Source: a virus. From it: 64,000 nucleotides of DNA. Below the pieces are notes generated by a model. It was not told where the DNA came from and ran no database searches. It was given only the letters and a program-made list of their open reading frames with translations. This document shows, in pieces, positions 47,288 to 57,885 of the stretch. The stretch lies in IMG/VR virus record IMGVR_UViG_3300013014_001174, positions 14,220 to 78,219 of that record. One strand, 5' to 3'. A program made the position numbers and the translations under genes. Positions within the stretch are counted from its first letter, which is position 1; each line of letters opens with the position of its first letter.

Positions 47288-49108
47288 TCAAATTCTTAAA
47301 GAGTCTTTTCCAATATTAAAACCACCACCTTTTGGATTTTGTGTTTTTTTATTAACCAAAACACCTTTTGCTTTATTTGCTAATGAATTTTTATCAATTG
47401 GTCTTTCTATTTCATTTTCTTGTTTTACTTGACTAATTGGTGGCCTTTCTTTTATTTGTGATTGTGGTCTATGTTTAATTTCTTCTCTTGTATAATTCCT
47501 AATAGGTTGTGGTTGTGAGTCTTTAGTTTGTAACAGACTTAAAGGAGATATGTTTTTTTCAACTCTTGGTATATTTGGACTTTTAATTTCTTTTTTTGGT
47601 GTTGTTAGTGTTTGTGTATGAAGTATAACATAAGGTTCAATAACCATATTCTGTATTGGTCCAACAGAATTTCTTTGTCTTGCTAAAGTCCCATAATGTG
47701 CTCTTAATTTTGATCCCATCCCTGTGTCTGGTCTACTTGTTAAACCATTTTTGTGTATTCTTCTATAAAAATTAATTTTATTTGTAAATTTAAATTTATA
47801 TTGTTTTGTACCGTATAGTCTACCCATAAAATCTGAATCTGCAGCACACATCCAAGGTTCAAACCCATTCATATATTCAAATATATCTTTTTTAATTGCA
47901 AATACACCTTCACCAATGTGTTTTTTTGTTTGAGAATTAAATGGTTTTCCATCGATAAAATTTGTATAATATGGTTTTACACAGTCGTGAGTCATAAGAC
48001 CATTAATCGAATCCTCAACCATATTTAAATTCATAATATCATCTGAACCAAAAAATAAAATGTTTTTAGAAAGTGCCAGTTTAGATAAAGTATTAAACAC
48101 AATATAAGGACCGTTGTTCTTTTTAAAAAAGAAAAATTCAAAATAACCTGGATAACTATGTGATTCTATATGTTCCTTTGATTCAATACAAGAATCAATA
48201 CCAACTAAAACTTGTACCTTTTTTCCACCAATGGAATTAATAATAGAATCAAAACACTCTTCCAAATATTGTGTGTTTAGATATGTTGATATTATTATTG
48301 TAAGTTCATATATGGATGTTGAATCTATTGAATTTTTTATATTATTATTCCAACCTAAATCATTAACATTTAAATTTGTTTTTGAGAAAATATTTGGTTT
48401 TGTATCAAAATATGATTCTCTGGCATGACTTATATTATTATGACCGTGTGTGTCAACACTATCATTATAGAGTTCATCATCAAAGTATCTTCTGAAATTT
48501 CTGGAAGATTGTTTACAAGAAATTATTGAGTAATTATATATGTACCCATCAATACCTTTTTTCAAAGGTGAAAACGACAATGTTTTTATGTATTCCGTTT
48601 TTAATGACATATTAAGATTTGTAAAACCTTTATAGTCATATAAAATAACCCTATCACTTATAAATGAATAAAAATAACCTTTTGTTTGGTCATACCAATC
48701 ATAGTCTTCATTTACAATTTTTTCATAACTTATTTTAAGTCTTGTTTTTGGTGAATAACAATCGGCAGCTTGAAGTAAAAAACATTTTGATGAGTCACTT
48801 ACGTTTTTTCCAATTTCAATCCATTTTTCAACTAAAGAAACTTTTTCATTATTTGTTATATATACAATTCTTGAGCAATTAACCAATTTTAGTTTTTCGA
48901 TATACAAATCAAATAGTTCTGGAAATACAGATTGTTCGTGTTTTTCTTCATAAACAATTAATTCCCAATTAAAATCAATATTGATTTGTTCACATAAACT
49001 TTCTATAGATATCCAAGCAATTTTTTTACTATTGTAAACTGGAAGTGCTACAGTTAATTCCGACACTGTGTCGTTCTCAAAGATGGTTTGTACTATTGTT
49101 TGATTCAT
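47288..49108 (-). CDS. tandem family-2 glycosyltransferase
   Basis: two GT-A starts (TVALPVYN; TIIISTY..YLEECFDSI), SDD, GFEPW..ADSDF. Confidence 0.7.
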   Translation of the reverse strand: MNQTIVQTIFENDTVSELTVALPVYNSKKIAWISIESLCEQINIDFNWELIVYEEKHEQSVFPELFDLYIEKLKLVNCSRIVYITNNEKVSLVEKWIEIGKNVSDSSKCFLLQAADCYSPKTRLKISYEKIVNEDYDWYDQTKGYFYSFISDRVILYDYKGFTNLNMSLKTEYIKTLSFSPLKKGIDGYIYNYSIISCKQSSRNFRRYFDDELYNDSVDTHGHNNISHARESYFDTKPNIFSKTNLNVNDLGWNNNIKNSIDSTSIYELTIIISTYLNTQYLEECFDSIINSIGGKKVQVLVGIDSCIESKEHIESHSYPGYFEFFFFKKNNGPYIVFNTLSKLALSKNILFFGSDDIMNLNMVEDSINGLMTHDCVKPYYTNFIDGKPFNSQTKKHIGEGVFAIKKDIFEYMNGFEPWMCAADSDFMGRLYGTKQYKFKFTNKINFYRRIHKNGLTSRPDTGMGSKLRAHYGTLARQRNSVGPIQNMVIEPYVILHTQTLTTPKKEIKSPNIPRVEKNISPLSLLQTKDSQPQPIRNYTREEIKHRPQSQIKERPPISQVKQENEIERPIDKNSLANKAKGVLVNKKTQNPKGGGFNIGKDSLRI

Positions 49109-49150
49109 AGAAATAAATATAAAATAAAAAAACAATAAATGAATAGGGTG

Positions 49151-49179
49151 AAAAACAAAATAGGAACCGAAGTTCCTAT
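49151..49179 (-). terminator. terminator with cUUCGg loop
   Basis: ATAGGAAC-TTCG-GTTCCTAT-TTTGTTTTT. Confidence 0.8.
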
Positions 49180-49253
49180 CTTGCTAGATACTTAAACACC
49201 TCCTTCTTTTAGATGGTTTATTCTTATTCGGTAACTACACCAAACAAGTATCT

Positions 49254-51584
49254 TTAGTATCCATTTCTTTTTATGTTTGTTAAAATTTTAGTTAAAGTAG
49301 ATTCTGTAAGTTTTAAATTTTTCTTTTTTGTTATTGCTTCGCTTAAATTTTTCTTAACTGTTTTTCTTACTGATTCGTAAACTGCAAAACCTTCTCTATA
49401 AAAGTCTTTATCTATAAAATTGTTATTTGTAATTTCAACACCATTAACTTCTTCGCCTCTTAATAGTTTAATTATATCATTCATATCTAATTTTTTCTTA
49501 AACATACCAAAAGGTAATCGATCTTGATCTACATTTAGGAAATCGTCTTCTGTTAAAGGTCCTAATTGTTTTAATTCTCTACGAACATCGCCTTTGGCTA
49601 AACATCTTTCAAATTCATCTAATTTTTCTCTATTACCTTTAGTTGATCTTGATGCTGCAAATGCAGTATTTAAATACATAATTAATTCATCTCTTAATGT
49701 TTCTGCATTACATTCAATAGACATAGTACTAGCAGCACTACGACCCATTTGAGTTTGATAAATAGGTAAAGTTGATTTTGTTTCTAAAAAATTACCAAAT
49801 GTATTTTTTTTATATTGTGAACTAGATTCGCCTTCTAACGGTGTTAATTCTGAATAGTTTTCTTTATCAATAACTTCTCCAGCATACTCCTCAACTTCAA
49901 AATTTTCTGGGAATCTTAATTTATATTCAGAAAGACCTTCGATATCCATTAGTTCGTTATAATCTTCAAACCATTCGGATCTTGCATCATACTTATCAAT
50001 CGCATGTTGGATACTCCCTGTTCCACCAACACCTTTATTTGGTGTTTTATTCATTAACTGAATTCTAGTCTTTGGTGGTACTGTATTTCCTTGTGAATCA
50101 ACAAAACCAAACATTTTTCTTAGTTCATCTTTTCTACTTCCACTAACAATAGTTGCACTACCTTGACTTTGACTACTTCCAGAACCTTGACTACTTCCAG
50201 AACCTTGACTACCACTAGTATTTTGTGATTGTCTTTTTTTCTTTTCGATTTTAACACATTCTGATTCAACTTGACCTAATAAAGATTCTAATTGACTCAT
50301 ATATGATTCATCTTCTTTACTTAAAGCAAAACTCAACTCAGCTTTCTTTTTTACCAAATCTTCTTTTGTTTTAACTAGTTCAGCCTTATTTTCAGCACTA
50401 CAAAAATCTTTAGGGTTTTTTCCTTGTATTTGTGTTCTTGCGTTATCAATTTCGGTATTAATTTTACCTTTAGCTGGATTAATAGCCAATTTTTTTGAAT
50501 TACTATCATCCCATTCGTCAATAAGCTTTAAAGCTTTTTCTTTTATGGGTCTCATAACTTTTTCAGTCTCTTCTACTTCATTAAAATTACTTAAAACGCT
50601 AGTACTACTTGAACTTTGATTAGTTGTACTACTTGAACTTTGATTAGTTGTACTACTTGAACTTTGATTAGTTGTGTTACTTGGACTGAAATTCCAAGAA
50701 CTACCAAGTATTGGTGCGAACTCAATTTTTTGTTCACTTAATTTTCTTCTTCTTTTTGATTCCAAAAATACAGCATTCCCAGGTTTCCAAGTATAGGATG
50801 GATCTGTAATAATTTCATTTCTTTTTTCCATATATCCATATAGTAAATCTGGAAATAATAAAACAAATAAATGATTGGGTGAAAATGTTACATCAGCTTT
50901 TCCAGAAATTGGTATACCATTTCCGATTGCTGTTATTTTTCCTTGTTCATTTCTTGTACATTCAAATTTCTTAACATAACAATATCTATAAATTGAGCCG
51001 TCTCTACCTGTTAAATCAGAATTAGATGAAAATTCGTGAATATAGCCATCGTAAACTCTTCCTGTACCACTTAAGCTTACAAAAAATTCTTTTTGTTTTT
51101 CTGGTGCCATAACACCACCTTGATTATTAGGCGATTGGTCATCAACTGAAACACCTTTACAGATATTCTCAACATCACTTTCTTTAAATGTTGTTTTACC
51201 AGTTTTTGCTTTAAGGGCTTTTTCTGTTTTTGGTCCAAACTTACTATCTTGTGACGCACCAATACATCCTTGTACTTTGTATATAGGTCCATTAGGATTT
51301 GGTGCTCCGGAATCTTTACAACCATTTGAATAAGTTGGCCCAGAACAAACAGAATAACTAACCCCAGAACCAGTTCCAGTACCACCAGTTCCAGTACCAC
51401 CAGTTCCAGTACCACCAGTTCCAGTACCACCAGTTCCAGTGCCACCAGTTCCAGTACCAGAATTAAATTGTGAACAATTACCACTACGTGCTACTTTTCT
51501 TTTAGCATCGTCCGTTATAATACTATAGTCCGAAGCACCACACTCCTCAAATTTACCTGTCCTAGGACTTTTACAACAATACAT
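49254..51584 (-). CDS. large low-complexity putative virion protein
   Basis: GTGGT and TTNQSSSS repeats; DSKFGPKT peptidoglycan-binding-like motif. Confidence 0.6.
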   Translation of the reverse strand: MYCCKSPRTGKFEECGASDYSIITDDAKRKVARSGNCSQFNSGTGTGGTGTGGTGTGGTGTGGTGTGGTGTGSGVSYSVCSGPTYSNGCKDSGAPNPNGPIYKVQGCIGASQDSKFGPKTEKALKAKTGKTTFKESDVENICKGVSVDDQSPNNQGGVMAPEKQKEFFVSLSGTGRVYDGYIHEFSSNSDLTGRDGSIYRYCYVKKFECTRNEQGKITAIGNGIPISGKADVTFSPNHLFVLLFPDLLYGYMEKRNEIITDPSYTWKPGNAVFLESKRRRKLSEQKIEFAPILGSSWNFSPSNTTNQSSSSTTNQSSSSTTNQSSSSTSVLSNFNEVEETEKVMRPIKEKALKLIDEWDDSNSKKLAINPAKGKINTEIDNARTQIQGKNPKDFCSAENKAELVKTKEDLVKKKAELSFALSKEDESYMSQLESLLGQVESECVKIEKKKRQSQNTSGSQGSGSSQGSGSSQSQGSATIVSGSRKDELRKMFGFVDSQGNTVPPKTRIQLMNKTPNKGVGGTGSIQHAIDKYDARSEWFEDYNELMDIEGLSEYKLRFPENFEVEEYAGEVIDKENYSELTPLEGESSSQYKKNTFGNFLETKSTLPIYQTQMGRSAASTMSIECNAETLRDELIMYLNTAFAASRSTKGNREKLDEFERCLAKGDVRRELKQLGPLTEDDFLNVDQDRLPFGMFKKKLDMNDIIKLLRGEEVNGVEITNNNFIDKDFYREGFAVYESVRKTVKKNLSEAITKKKNLKLTESTLTKILTNIKRNGY
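50602..50672. repeat. 24-bp tandem repeat x3 (TTNQSSSS)
   Basis: tactacttgaactttgattagttg units. Confidence 0.85.
51369..51460. repeat. 15-bp tandem repeat ~6x (GTGGT)
   Basis: accagttccagtacc units. Confidence 0.9.
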
Positions 51585-51607
51585 TTTATATAAAAATTTT
51601 TAATTTA

Positions 51608-53233
51608 TTATTTAACAGTTTTTGACCAAGTACCACTTGTGGCATCACGAGTTCCTGTTGTTTTTTTTCCGTCAGCATCAACATAAAATAATTCCTGCCA
51701 ATCAGAACCAGATTTATAAAAACCACCGTCATTAGCAAAATCATAATCATCACCATTTTGTGATAAATTATTATCTTTGGCCCACGCTAAAATTCCAGTT
51801 TTATTATATGAATATTGTTTACCAGTACCAGTTCCAGTACCAGTTCCAGTACCCGTTCCAGTACCAGTACCTGTTCCAGTACCCGTTCCAGTACCACTAA
51901 CAGGTGCTTTAATTTCTTTACCAGTATTTAATTCTTTTTTTGTTCCGTCTTTGAATTTAATAACAGTACGAAGAACTCCAGTAACTGGGTTTTCTTCAGT
52001 TTCAACAGAGATTGGGGGGTTGGCACCTTCAAATGCTTCACAGCCAATACCACTATTCAATATTTCTTTTTGTTCTTCAACTGATTTTGTTGCAAACGTA
52101 GACACATTTTTTGTCCAACAGAAACAACTAGTTCCAGGTGCATCACAACCCATTTTGTTTCTATTAACATATTCGGTAGCATAATTATAAATAAAAAGAC
52201 CAGTACCTACAATTGCGACTATACTAACAATTGTCCATTTAAATTTTTTCAAAAAAGTTAAAGCTGGTCCACCAATACCCTCAGTTAAAAATTTAATTAA
52301 ACCTTTTATAAAATCAGTTCCTAAACCAGCCAAAGCGTTAAATTTATTTTTAAAAATATCTATTTTACTTAAAATTGTTTTTGGGTCACTACCAAAATAC
52401 CCAACCATTTCTTTTCTGATTTTTTCCAATTCGGTCATATCGCCTTCATCAATAGCCTTTCCGATTCTTTCAGAAAAATAATCATAGAACTCATCACCTT
52501 TATTTTTTGGGAAGTCTTTTGGTACTTTACCTTGCTCCTCAATTGCCTTAAAGTTTTTATTAAATTCTAATTTAATTTGTGCGTCTTTAGTTGGGTTTGA
52601 AATAACGTCATCGGCAACGTCATCGGCAGCTCTTGCTCCAGTACCACTAGTGTCATCAACAATTTTAAAATATCCACTATCAATTAACCCTCTTCGTAAC
52701 GCTGCGTCTATTTTTTTTGTTTTTAAGTCATCAACTAATTTCGCTAAATCAGGATTTGTGGTTGATATAACTTCATCCCCTTGTTGTTTAACAAAACTAT
52801 CCCAATCGGCTTTTGTTATTTCACTTCCCATTCCAGCTGACTGCTTTAGTGTTGTCATAGAATTTAGTAGTCTACCATGTGCTGTTGTTAAATTTGCATA
52901 AACACCGTTTAAAAATTCATCTTGTTTTGCTACTGGTATTTGTTTGTATAATTTACCTAAAGCCGAAGCTCCAGCGTCACCACCAGCTTTTAACCCACCA
53001 GCAATTTCATCAGCGTCCAGAACCCCTCTTGGTATTTGAAAGTCATCCTCAAGTTTAGCTAACATTGTTGGGTTAGTGACGTTACCACCACCTTTCCTAA
53101 CAGCAAAACCAATCATATCATCGACAATACTTTCTGTTAATAATGTACGTTTTGTTGTAAAATTCATAATCTCATTAATTCTACTTAACTCCTCAAGTAG
53201 AATTAAACTTTTATCAAATCTATTTGTTCTCAT
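51608..53233 (-). CDS. putative virion/ejected protein with TM segment and (GT)n linker
   Basis: LLEELSRINEIM motif; hydrophobic segment. Confidence 0.6.
   Translation of the reverse strand: MRTNRFDKSLILLEELSRINEIMNFTTKRTLLTESIVDDMIGFAVRKGGGNVTNPTMLAKLEDDFQIPRGVLDADEIAGGLKAGGDAGASALGKLYKQIPVAKQDEFLNGVYANLTTAHGRLLNSMTTLKQSAGMGSEITKADWDSFVKQQGDEVISTTNPDLAKLVDDLKTKKIDAALRRGLIDSGYFKIVDDTSGTGARAADDVADDVISNPTKDAQIKLEFNKNFKAIEEQGKVPKDFPKNKGDEFYDYFSERIGKAIDEGDMTELEKIRKEMVGYFGSDPKTILSKIDIFKNKFNALAGLGTDFIKGLIKFLTEGIGGPALTFLKKFKWTIVSIVAIVGTGLFIYNYATEYVNRNKMGCDAPGTSCFCWTKNVSTFATKSVEEQKEILNSGIGCEAFEGANPPISVETEENPVTGVLRTVIKFKDGTKKELNTGKEIKAPVSGTGTGTGTGTGTGTGTGTGTGTGTGKQYSYNKTGILAWAKDNNLSQNGDDYDFANDGGFYKSGSDWQELFYVDADGKKTTGTRDATSGTWSKTVK
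51821..51896. repeat. 6-bp-period (Gly-Thr)n repeat
   Basis: accagt/tccagt array. Confidence 0.9.
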
Positions 53234-53279
53234 ATTTTTAATTTATATATAAATATTAGTTATTTGAAAAAAAACCGAA

Positions 53280-55844
53280 TTACCTCAAAGGTAAACTAGA
53301 TAAATCCTCAAGCGCTTGCTTTTGTTCCGGTGTTATTGTTTGTTGTGCTGCTTGCACTTTATAAAAATCTAACCATTGTTTTACTTGTTCTTGATTTTTA
53401 TAATATTTTTTTCTTTCTTTTCTATTTAAAGTTGCCGGGTCAAGGTTTTTCAAACTATCCGTACCAGTTATATTACCAATAATTAATTTTTTTTCAACTT
53501 TATCACCACTAGCTTTTAATTTTTCATATTCACCAAAAGTTATTTTAACCCATTCTGATTTTCTAGAACTCCAGTTAAAATACTCATATTTATCTTCTTC
53601 TAGTGAGTCAAGTGCCTGTGTTGTAGTTTTAGTTGGTAAAGCTTCAATTGGGTCTTTAACTATATATGAATATGTCTCAAGTCCAATTGGACCTCTTTCG
53701 GTTATTTCTTTACCGTAAAAATTTTTAACCACATTCTCTTGGAAATCAAGTATTACACTTAAAAAATCATCATCAAAATTCGGATTACTTATGGTTTTCA
53801 TTAGTAGTTCTTTATTTAAAGCATTACCAAAATTAATTCTAACTTTATTTTTAATTTTTAATAAGTCATCACTTGTCATTCCATATGAAAACTTTTTACC
53901 AGAATTTAAAACTTCTTGTATTGTTGGTGTTGGAATTACATTTTCATTTCCACTACCGACATATCCTGGTTTTTTGTTTTTTACGTTTGAATTGTATACA
54001 TTTCTAACCCTAGTTAGTAGCCATTCTGCTGCGGCACCTTGTTCTTTACCGGTATCTGATCCTTGTTTTATTAGTGTTGCCACAGCTTTTTCTGGGTCTT
54101 TAAGGTACTTGTCAGCAAATTCTTGTATCAATCTTTCTTGTTCTTTTTTTGCCGCTTCTTCTTCTGGTAGTCCACCACCTTTAATTAAATAATATAATTT
54201 TCTAATATCTGAATTTTGTCTATCTTCATCTCTACCGTATAATGCTAAATATAGTTGATCAATTCCCCACATTGTTCCACCAACACTTATAGCCATTTTT
54301 GGAAATGATCCGGTAGCTTTCGACAATCTACCAATAAAATCAAAAAACGTTGACCAAGAACTTGATGGTTTTCCAGATAAATCCACACCTTTTTTTACAA
54401 ATTCACCATATGTCTTACCCAATTCTTTCACATTTTTTTTTGCTTGTTGTTGCATAGCCTCAACCATTGCTGGTGCAATCTTATCTTTTTCTTTTACAAA
54501 AGCATTAAAAATTTTAGCTTCACTTGCTTCAGTAATTTCACCAGCCATCCCTTTTTTAATTATATTTTTAACTTCTTGTTCCCCAAGTTGTTCAAGGGCT
54601 TCAACCCCTATTTTTTTAGCTTTAAGTATTTTGATAAGTTCTCCACCTGGTATAACTTCTAAACCTAACATCATAGATCCCATATATGTATCACCTTCGG
54701 CAAAATATGTTCCAGCGTCAGCTGCTCCAAAAACTGAAGACACACCAAATAGAATAGGTGCTAATGGTGGGAACGCGAAGGCTCCAGCTAACGCACCCAG
54801 TTCTCCTACTGTAAATATATCGTGTAAAAATTCTGTTGACCACATCGTATAGCGTGGCTCTCCATAATCATTATTGTCTGATGCGTTAAAACTTTGTGAA
54901 CTAATACCTGTTGTTAGTGATGCTATTTTACCTAAAATTTCATTAGCATTATCGGTTTCCCAATATGTTGTAAACCAGTTCCAAACACCATCCGGAAACA
55001 TCCAGTTATTATGTGGCGCTGTAGGTGATGTTGCGTCTTGTACCGGTTTAATAATTTTCCCATAATCAAAATAGAAATTTTGTAAAAAACAATATTGTGG
55101 TGGCTTAAATGTTTTACCATTAAAAGTTTGGTTTTGTAGACTATTAATGTCTTCTGCCATTGCCATATCAAAATAATTATATGTTTTAAAGGTTCCTGGA
55201 GCACACGTTGACCCAACTATTTTAACACAAACTCCGTATTTTTGAAAGTCTTTCCCACCAACTTGTCTTTGTATCCTATCAGTCGCTGTTTTTGTAATTT
55301 TAAGGGCAGCTAAAGCCATAGCTTGATTATTACTATTACCACCAGAACCATCTAAACCAAGACTAGCTAAATGTTTTATTGTTCCATAATCCACATTAGC
55401 AATACCACCACAAGCTTTTAATTTGTTATTCCTAATTTCATACATTTTTTTTGCAATCTCTCCTTGACATATACCACCACAACCAGGCGTGTTACCAACA
55501 CTATAGCCCTTCTCTTTTAATTTTTGCCATAATTGTAATGATGTCTTTTGAGTATCTGGTTTACCAAAAAGATGGGTCCATATTGCCGTTGACGTTGGGT
55601 TACCTAAAGCCCAATCTTTTGTTATTTTAAAACCTAATGCGATTAAGTAATCTTGTATTGTACCAATATTATTATCTAATGGTTTATTTTTAAGTCTAAC
55701 CCATCTTTCACATTCAGTCTCTTCATTAATCAAATACCTCTTATGTCTTTCAAGAATAATTTTTTCATTCTCCTGTCTTGTTATTTTTGGATTATAAGAC
55801 ATATTTAATAATATTTGTTCTAACCTTTTACTTATTTCATTCAT
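53280..55844 (-). CDS. large putative virion/ejected protein with hydrophobic hairpin
   Basis: 854 aa; Gly/Ala-rich amphipathic segments. Confidence 0.6.
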   Translation of the reverse strand: MNEISKRLEQILLNMSYNPKITRQENEKIILERHKRYLINEETECERWVRLKNKPLDNNIGTIQDYLIALGFKITKDWALGNPTSTAIWTHLFGKPDTQKTSLQLWQKLKEKGYSVGNTPGCGGICQGEIAKKMYEIRNNKLKACGGIANVDYGTIKHLASLGLDGSGGNSNNQAMALAALKITKTATDRIQRQVGGKDFQKYGVCVKIVGSTCAPGTFKTYNYFDMAMAEDINSLQNQTFNGKTFKPPQYCFLQNFYFDYGKIIKPVQDATSPTAPHNNWMFPDGVWNWFTTYWETDNANEILGKIASLTTGISSQSFNASDNNDYGEPRYTMWSTEFLHDIFTVGELGALAGAFAFPPLAPILFGVSSVFGAADAGTYFAEGDTYMGSMMLGLEVIPGGELIKILKAKKIGVEALEQLGEQEVKNIIKKGMAGEITEASEAKIFNAFVKEKDKIAPAMVEAMQQQAKKNVKELGKTYGEFVKKGVDLSGKPSSSWSTFFDFIGRLSKATGSFPKMAISVGGTMWGIDQLYLALYGRDEDRQNSDIRKLYYLIKGGGLPEEEAAKKEQERLIQEFADKYLKDPEKAVATLIKQGSDTGKEQGAAAEWLLTRVRNVYNSNVKNKKPGYVGSGNENVIPTPTIQEVLNSGKKFSYGMTSDDLLKIKNKVRINFGNALNKELLMKTISNPNFDDDFLSVILDFQENVVKNFYGKEITERGPIGLETYSYIVKDPIEALPTKTTTQALDSLEEDKYEYFNWSSRKSEWVKITFGEYEKLKASGDKVEKKLIIGNITGTDSLKNLDPATLNRKERKKYYKNQEQVKQWLDFYKVQAAQQTITPEQKQALEDLSSLPLR

Positions 55845-56080
55845 AATAAAGTATTTGCTTTTCCTCTTGTAATTTTATATAATGACGACCAAGTTACTTT
55901 ATCATCAATTGTGTTTGCAACACTTCTGGTTAATCCAGTTTCCCACTTTGTTACAGTTGGGTAACCACCACCTCCACCAGAATCGGCAGCCGGAGCAGCA
56001 TCTTGTTCGTCTAATTCTCCATCAACATCACTATTAAAGGTATATTTTTCCATTAAACCAATTAATTCTTCAAGTTGCAT
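55841..56080 (-). CDS. hypothetical protein
   Basis: ORF with upstream TATTTATA. Confidence 0.6.
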   Translation of the reverse strand: MQLEELIGLMEKYTFNSDVDGELDEQDAAPAADSGGGGGYPTVTKWETGLTRSVANTIDDKVTWSSLYKITRGKANTLL

Positions 56081-56152
56081 AAATTATTTCTTTATAAATA
56101 GTTGTAGGTTTAAAAAAAAGTACTATCTTTGTAGATATATAAATAATACAAT

Positions 56153-56656
56153 ATGAAAAACATTTTTAAACTTTTAATCATTCTAATTTCTTTAAGTTCT
56201 TGTGTTAAATACACCCAACCAAAACTTTTATCTTTAAGTGGTGAATATCGTATTGATAAAATCACATATGAACAAACTGATAATACAGCATCACCACAAT
56301 CTATGGTTTTTTATCCTGGTGATATGTATATCAATCCAAATGACAATTCACCATTTGATACGATTGCTGTTGGTTTTTTTAAATTACATATGGATTATGT
56401 TATAATGCGTTTTTCACCAAGCCCAATGCCAGACGGTTCAACATATTGGGGTAAAGAATATTTTTATAACGTTGTTGGCGAAACAAATTCAAGACTTGGT
56501 AATTTAATTGTTGAATATGAAGGAACAAGAAAAGTTTTTAATATAATTGAGGATGGCGCTGAAACCTTGGTTTTACGTTCAACAGGACAGTGGGCTTACG
56601 GTTCATCTGGACCAAACGAATCAATAACATTGTTTTTAACAAGAGTTGGTCCGTAA
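56153..56656 (+). CDS. lipoprotein
   Basis: LSSC lipobox; TATCTTTG promoter at 56124-56131. Confidence 0.7.
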   Translation: MKNIFKLLIILISLSSCVKYTQPKLLSLSGEYRIDKITYEQTDNTASPQSMVFYPGDMYINPNDNSPFDTIAVGFFKLHMDYVIMRFSPSPMPDGSTYWGKEYFYNVVGETNSRLGNLIVEYEGTRKVFNIIEDGAETLVLRSTGQWAYGSSGPNESITLFLTRVGP

Positions 56657-56672
56657 GAAATTACGGACTTTT

Positions 56673-56978
56673 TTATATAATCTCAACCTTTGGTAGTTTT
56701 TCCGTATAAACAATATAATATTCATTTAAAAAAGAAAGTAATATATCTTCATCTATTGTTTGGAAATCGGAATCGTCATCATCATCAAAATCATCATCAT
56801 CAAAATTAAAAAAGTCTGTACTTTCTTGTATTAATTCATAACCAAATTCTTTTGATTCATCTAAATTAATAACGTCATTTCTTATTTCATCTTCGGAATC
56901 GGTTGTAAGTCTAAATGAGACCTCAACTCTTTTTGTGTCTTCATATAAATAGTAAGAAACAAGCTCCTGTATTTCCAT
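56673..56978 (-). CDS. acidic hypothetical protein
   Basis: start MEIQELV directly after the upstream stop. Confidence 0.6.
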   Translation of the reverse strand: MEIQELVSYYLYEDTKRVEVSFRLTTDSEDEIRNDVINLDESKEFGYELIQESTDFFNFDDDDFDDDDDSDFQTIDEDILLSFLNEYYIVYTEKLPKVEII

Positions 56979-56979
56979 T

Positions 56980-57546
56980 TTAATTATATCTTTTAAATCT
57001 TTTAAACATATCAAGTGATTCGTTTAATTTTTCCATAAAATCAGGTAATTCTTCATCATCAACCTCATCTTTAAAACTATCACCAGTAACTTTGTAATTC
57101 ATTGGCCCTGCTAAATCTTCAGAGAAATCTCTATCAATATCGTATTCAAACTCCTCATCTAACTCATCAATGTCAATTACAATATCCAATGAATCATCAT
57201 CTTCTTCATTATCATGCAAACCAAGTGATACGTACTCATCATCATTATTTAAATTATCAAATTCACCAGATAAATCAACAGTTCCGTTTTTTAAATCCAT
57301 TGATCCGTCACCAATTCTATCGTGTCTATCAATATCTTCATTAATGTTCATATTTGTATATGGCATAACTTCACCTTTATTGTTTACAGTAATCCCACCT
57401 TTATCGTTTGCAAAATCTTGAACGTATAGTGGTTGTGTATTTGGCTGCTGACCATATTGTGTTACATACCCATCATAAATTGTTTTATGTTTGTCTAAAA
57501 TGTCATTTTTTTCTGCTTGGGACATTTTGAAAAAATATTGTGCCAT
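56980..57546 (-). CDS. acidic hypothetical protein
   Basis: ORF in operon. Confidence 0.6.
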   Translation of the reverse strand: MAQYFFKMSQAEKNDILDKHKTIYDGYVTQYGQQPNTQPLYVQDFANDKGGITVNNKGEVMPYTNMNINEDIDRHDRIGDGSMDLKNGTVDLSGEFDNLNNDDEYVSLGLHDNEEDDDSLDIVIDIDELDEEFEYDIDRDFSEDLAGPMNYKVTGDSFKDEVDDEELPDFMEKLNESLDMFKRFKRYN

Positions 57547-57549
57547 ATC

Positions 57550-57852
57550 TTATTTTTTTATTTCTTTGATTATTGCTCTTTTTGTTGTAAAAAACATAAA
57601 ATTTTCATTTAGGTCTTCTTCACCTTCTTTAACTACTTTTCTCCATTGATCAACATCATCAAGAAGGGCCAAACTTGAGCCATTGTCCCATTTAACATAG
57701 TAAATTTTACTACCCATTACTTCACTTACTGATTTAACAGTACCAGTTGTTCCCGCTTTTACCGCTGAAAATTGGTCGTCCATATTAACACAAACAACTT
57801 CGTCACCAACCTCAAGTGGTGCGTTTTTTAAATATTTAATTCTCTTTGCCAT
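57550..57852 (-). CDS. SH3-like DUF4314-type protein
   Basis: GTTGTV...VKWDNGSSLALL.D.D. Confidence 0.6.
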   Translation of the reverse strand: MAKRIKYLKNAPLEVGDEVVCVNMDDQFSAVKAGTTGTVKSVSEVMGSKIYYVKWDNGSSLALLDDVDQWRKVVKEGEEDLNENFMFFTTKRAIIKEIKK

Positions 57853-57885
57853 ACAAATATAAATATAGCGAAATATTTATTTGTT

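Noticed and set aside
50160-51896. Tandem repeats as a CRISPR array
   Set aside because: No spacers; in-frame low-complexity coding repeats; no cas genes
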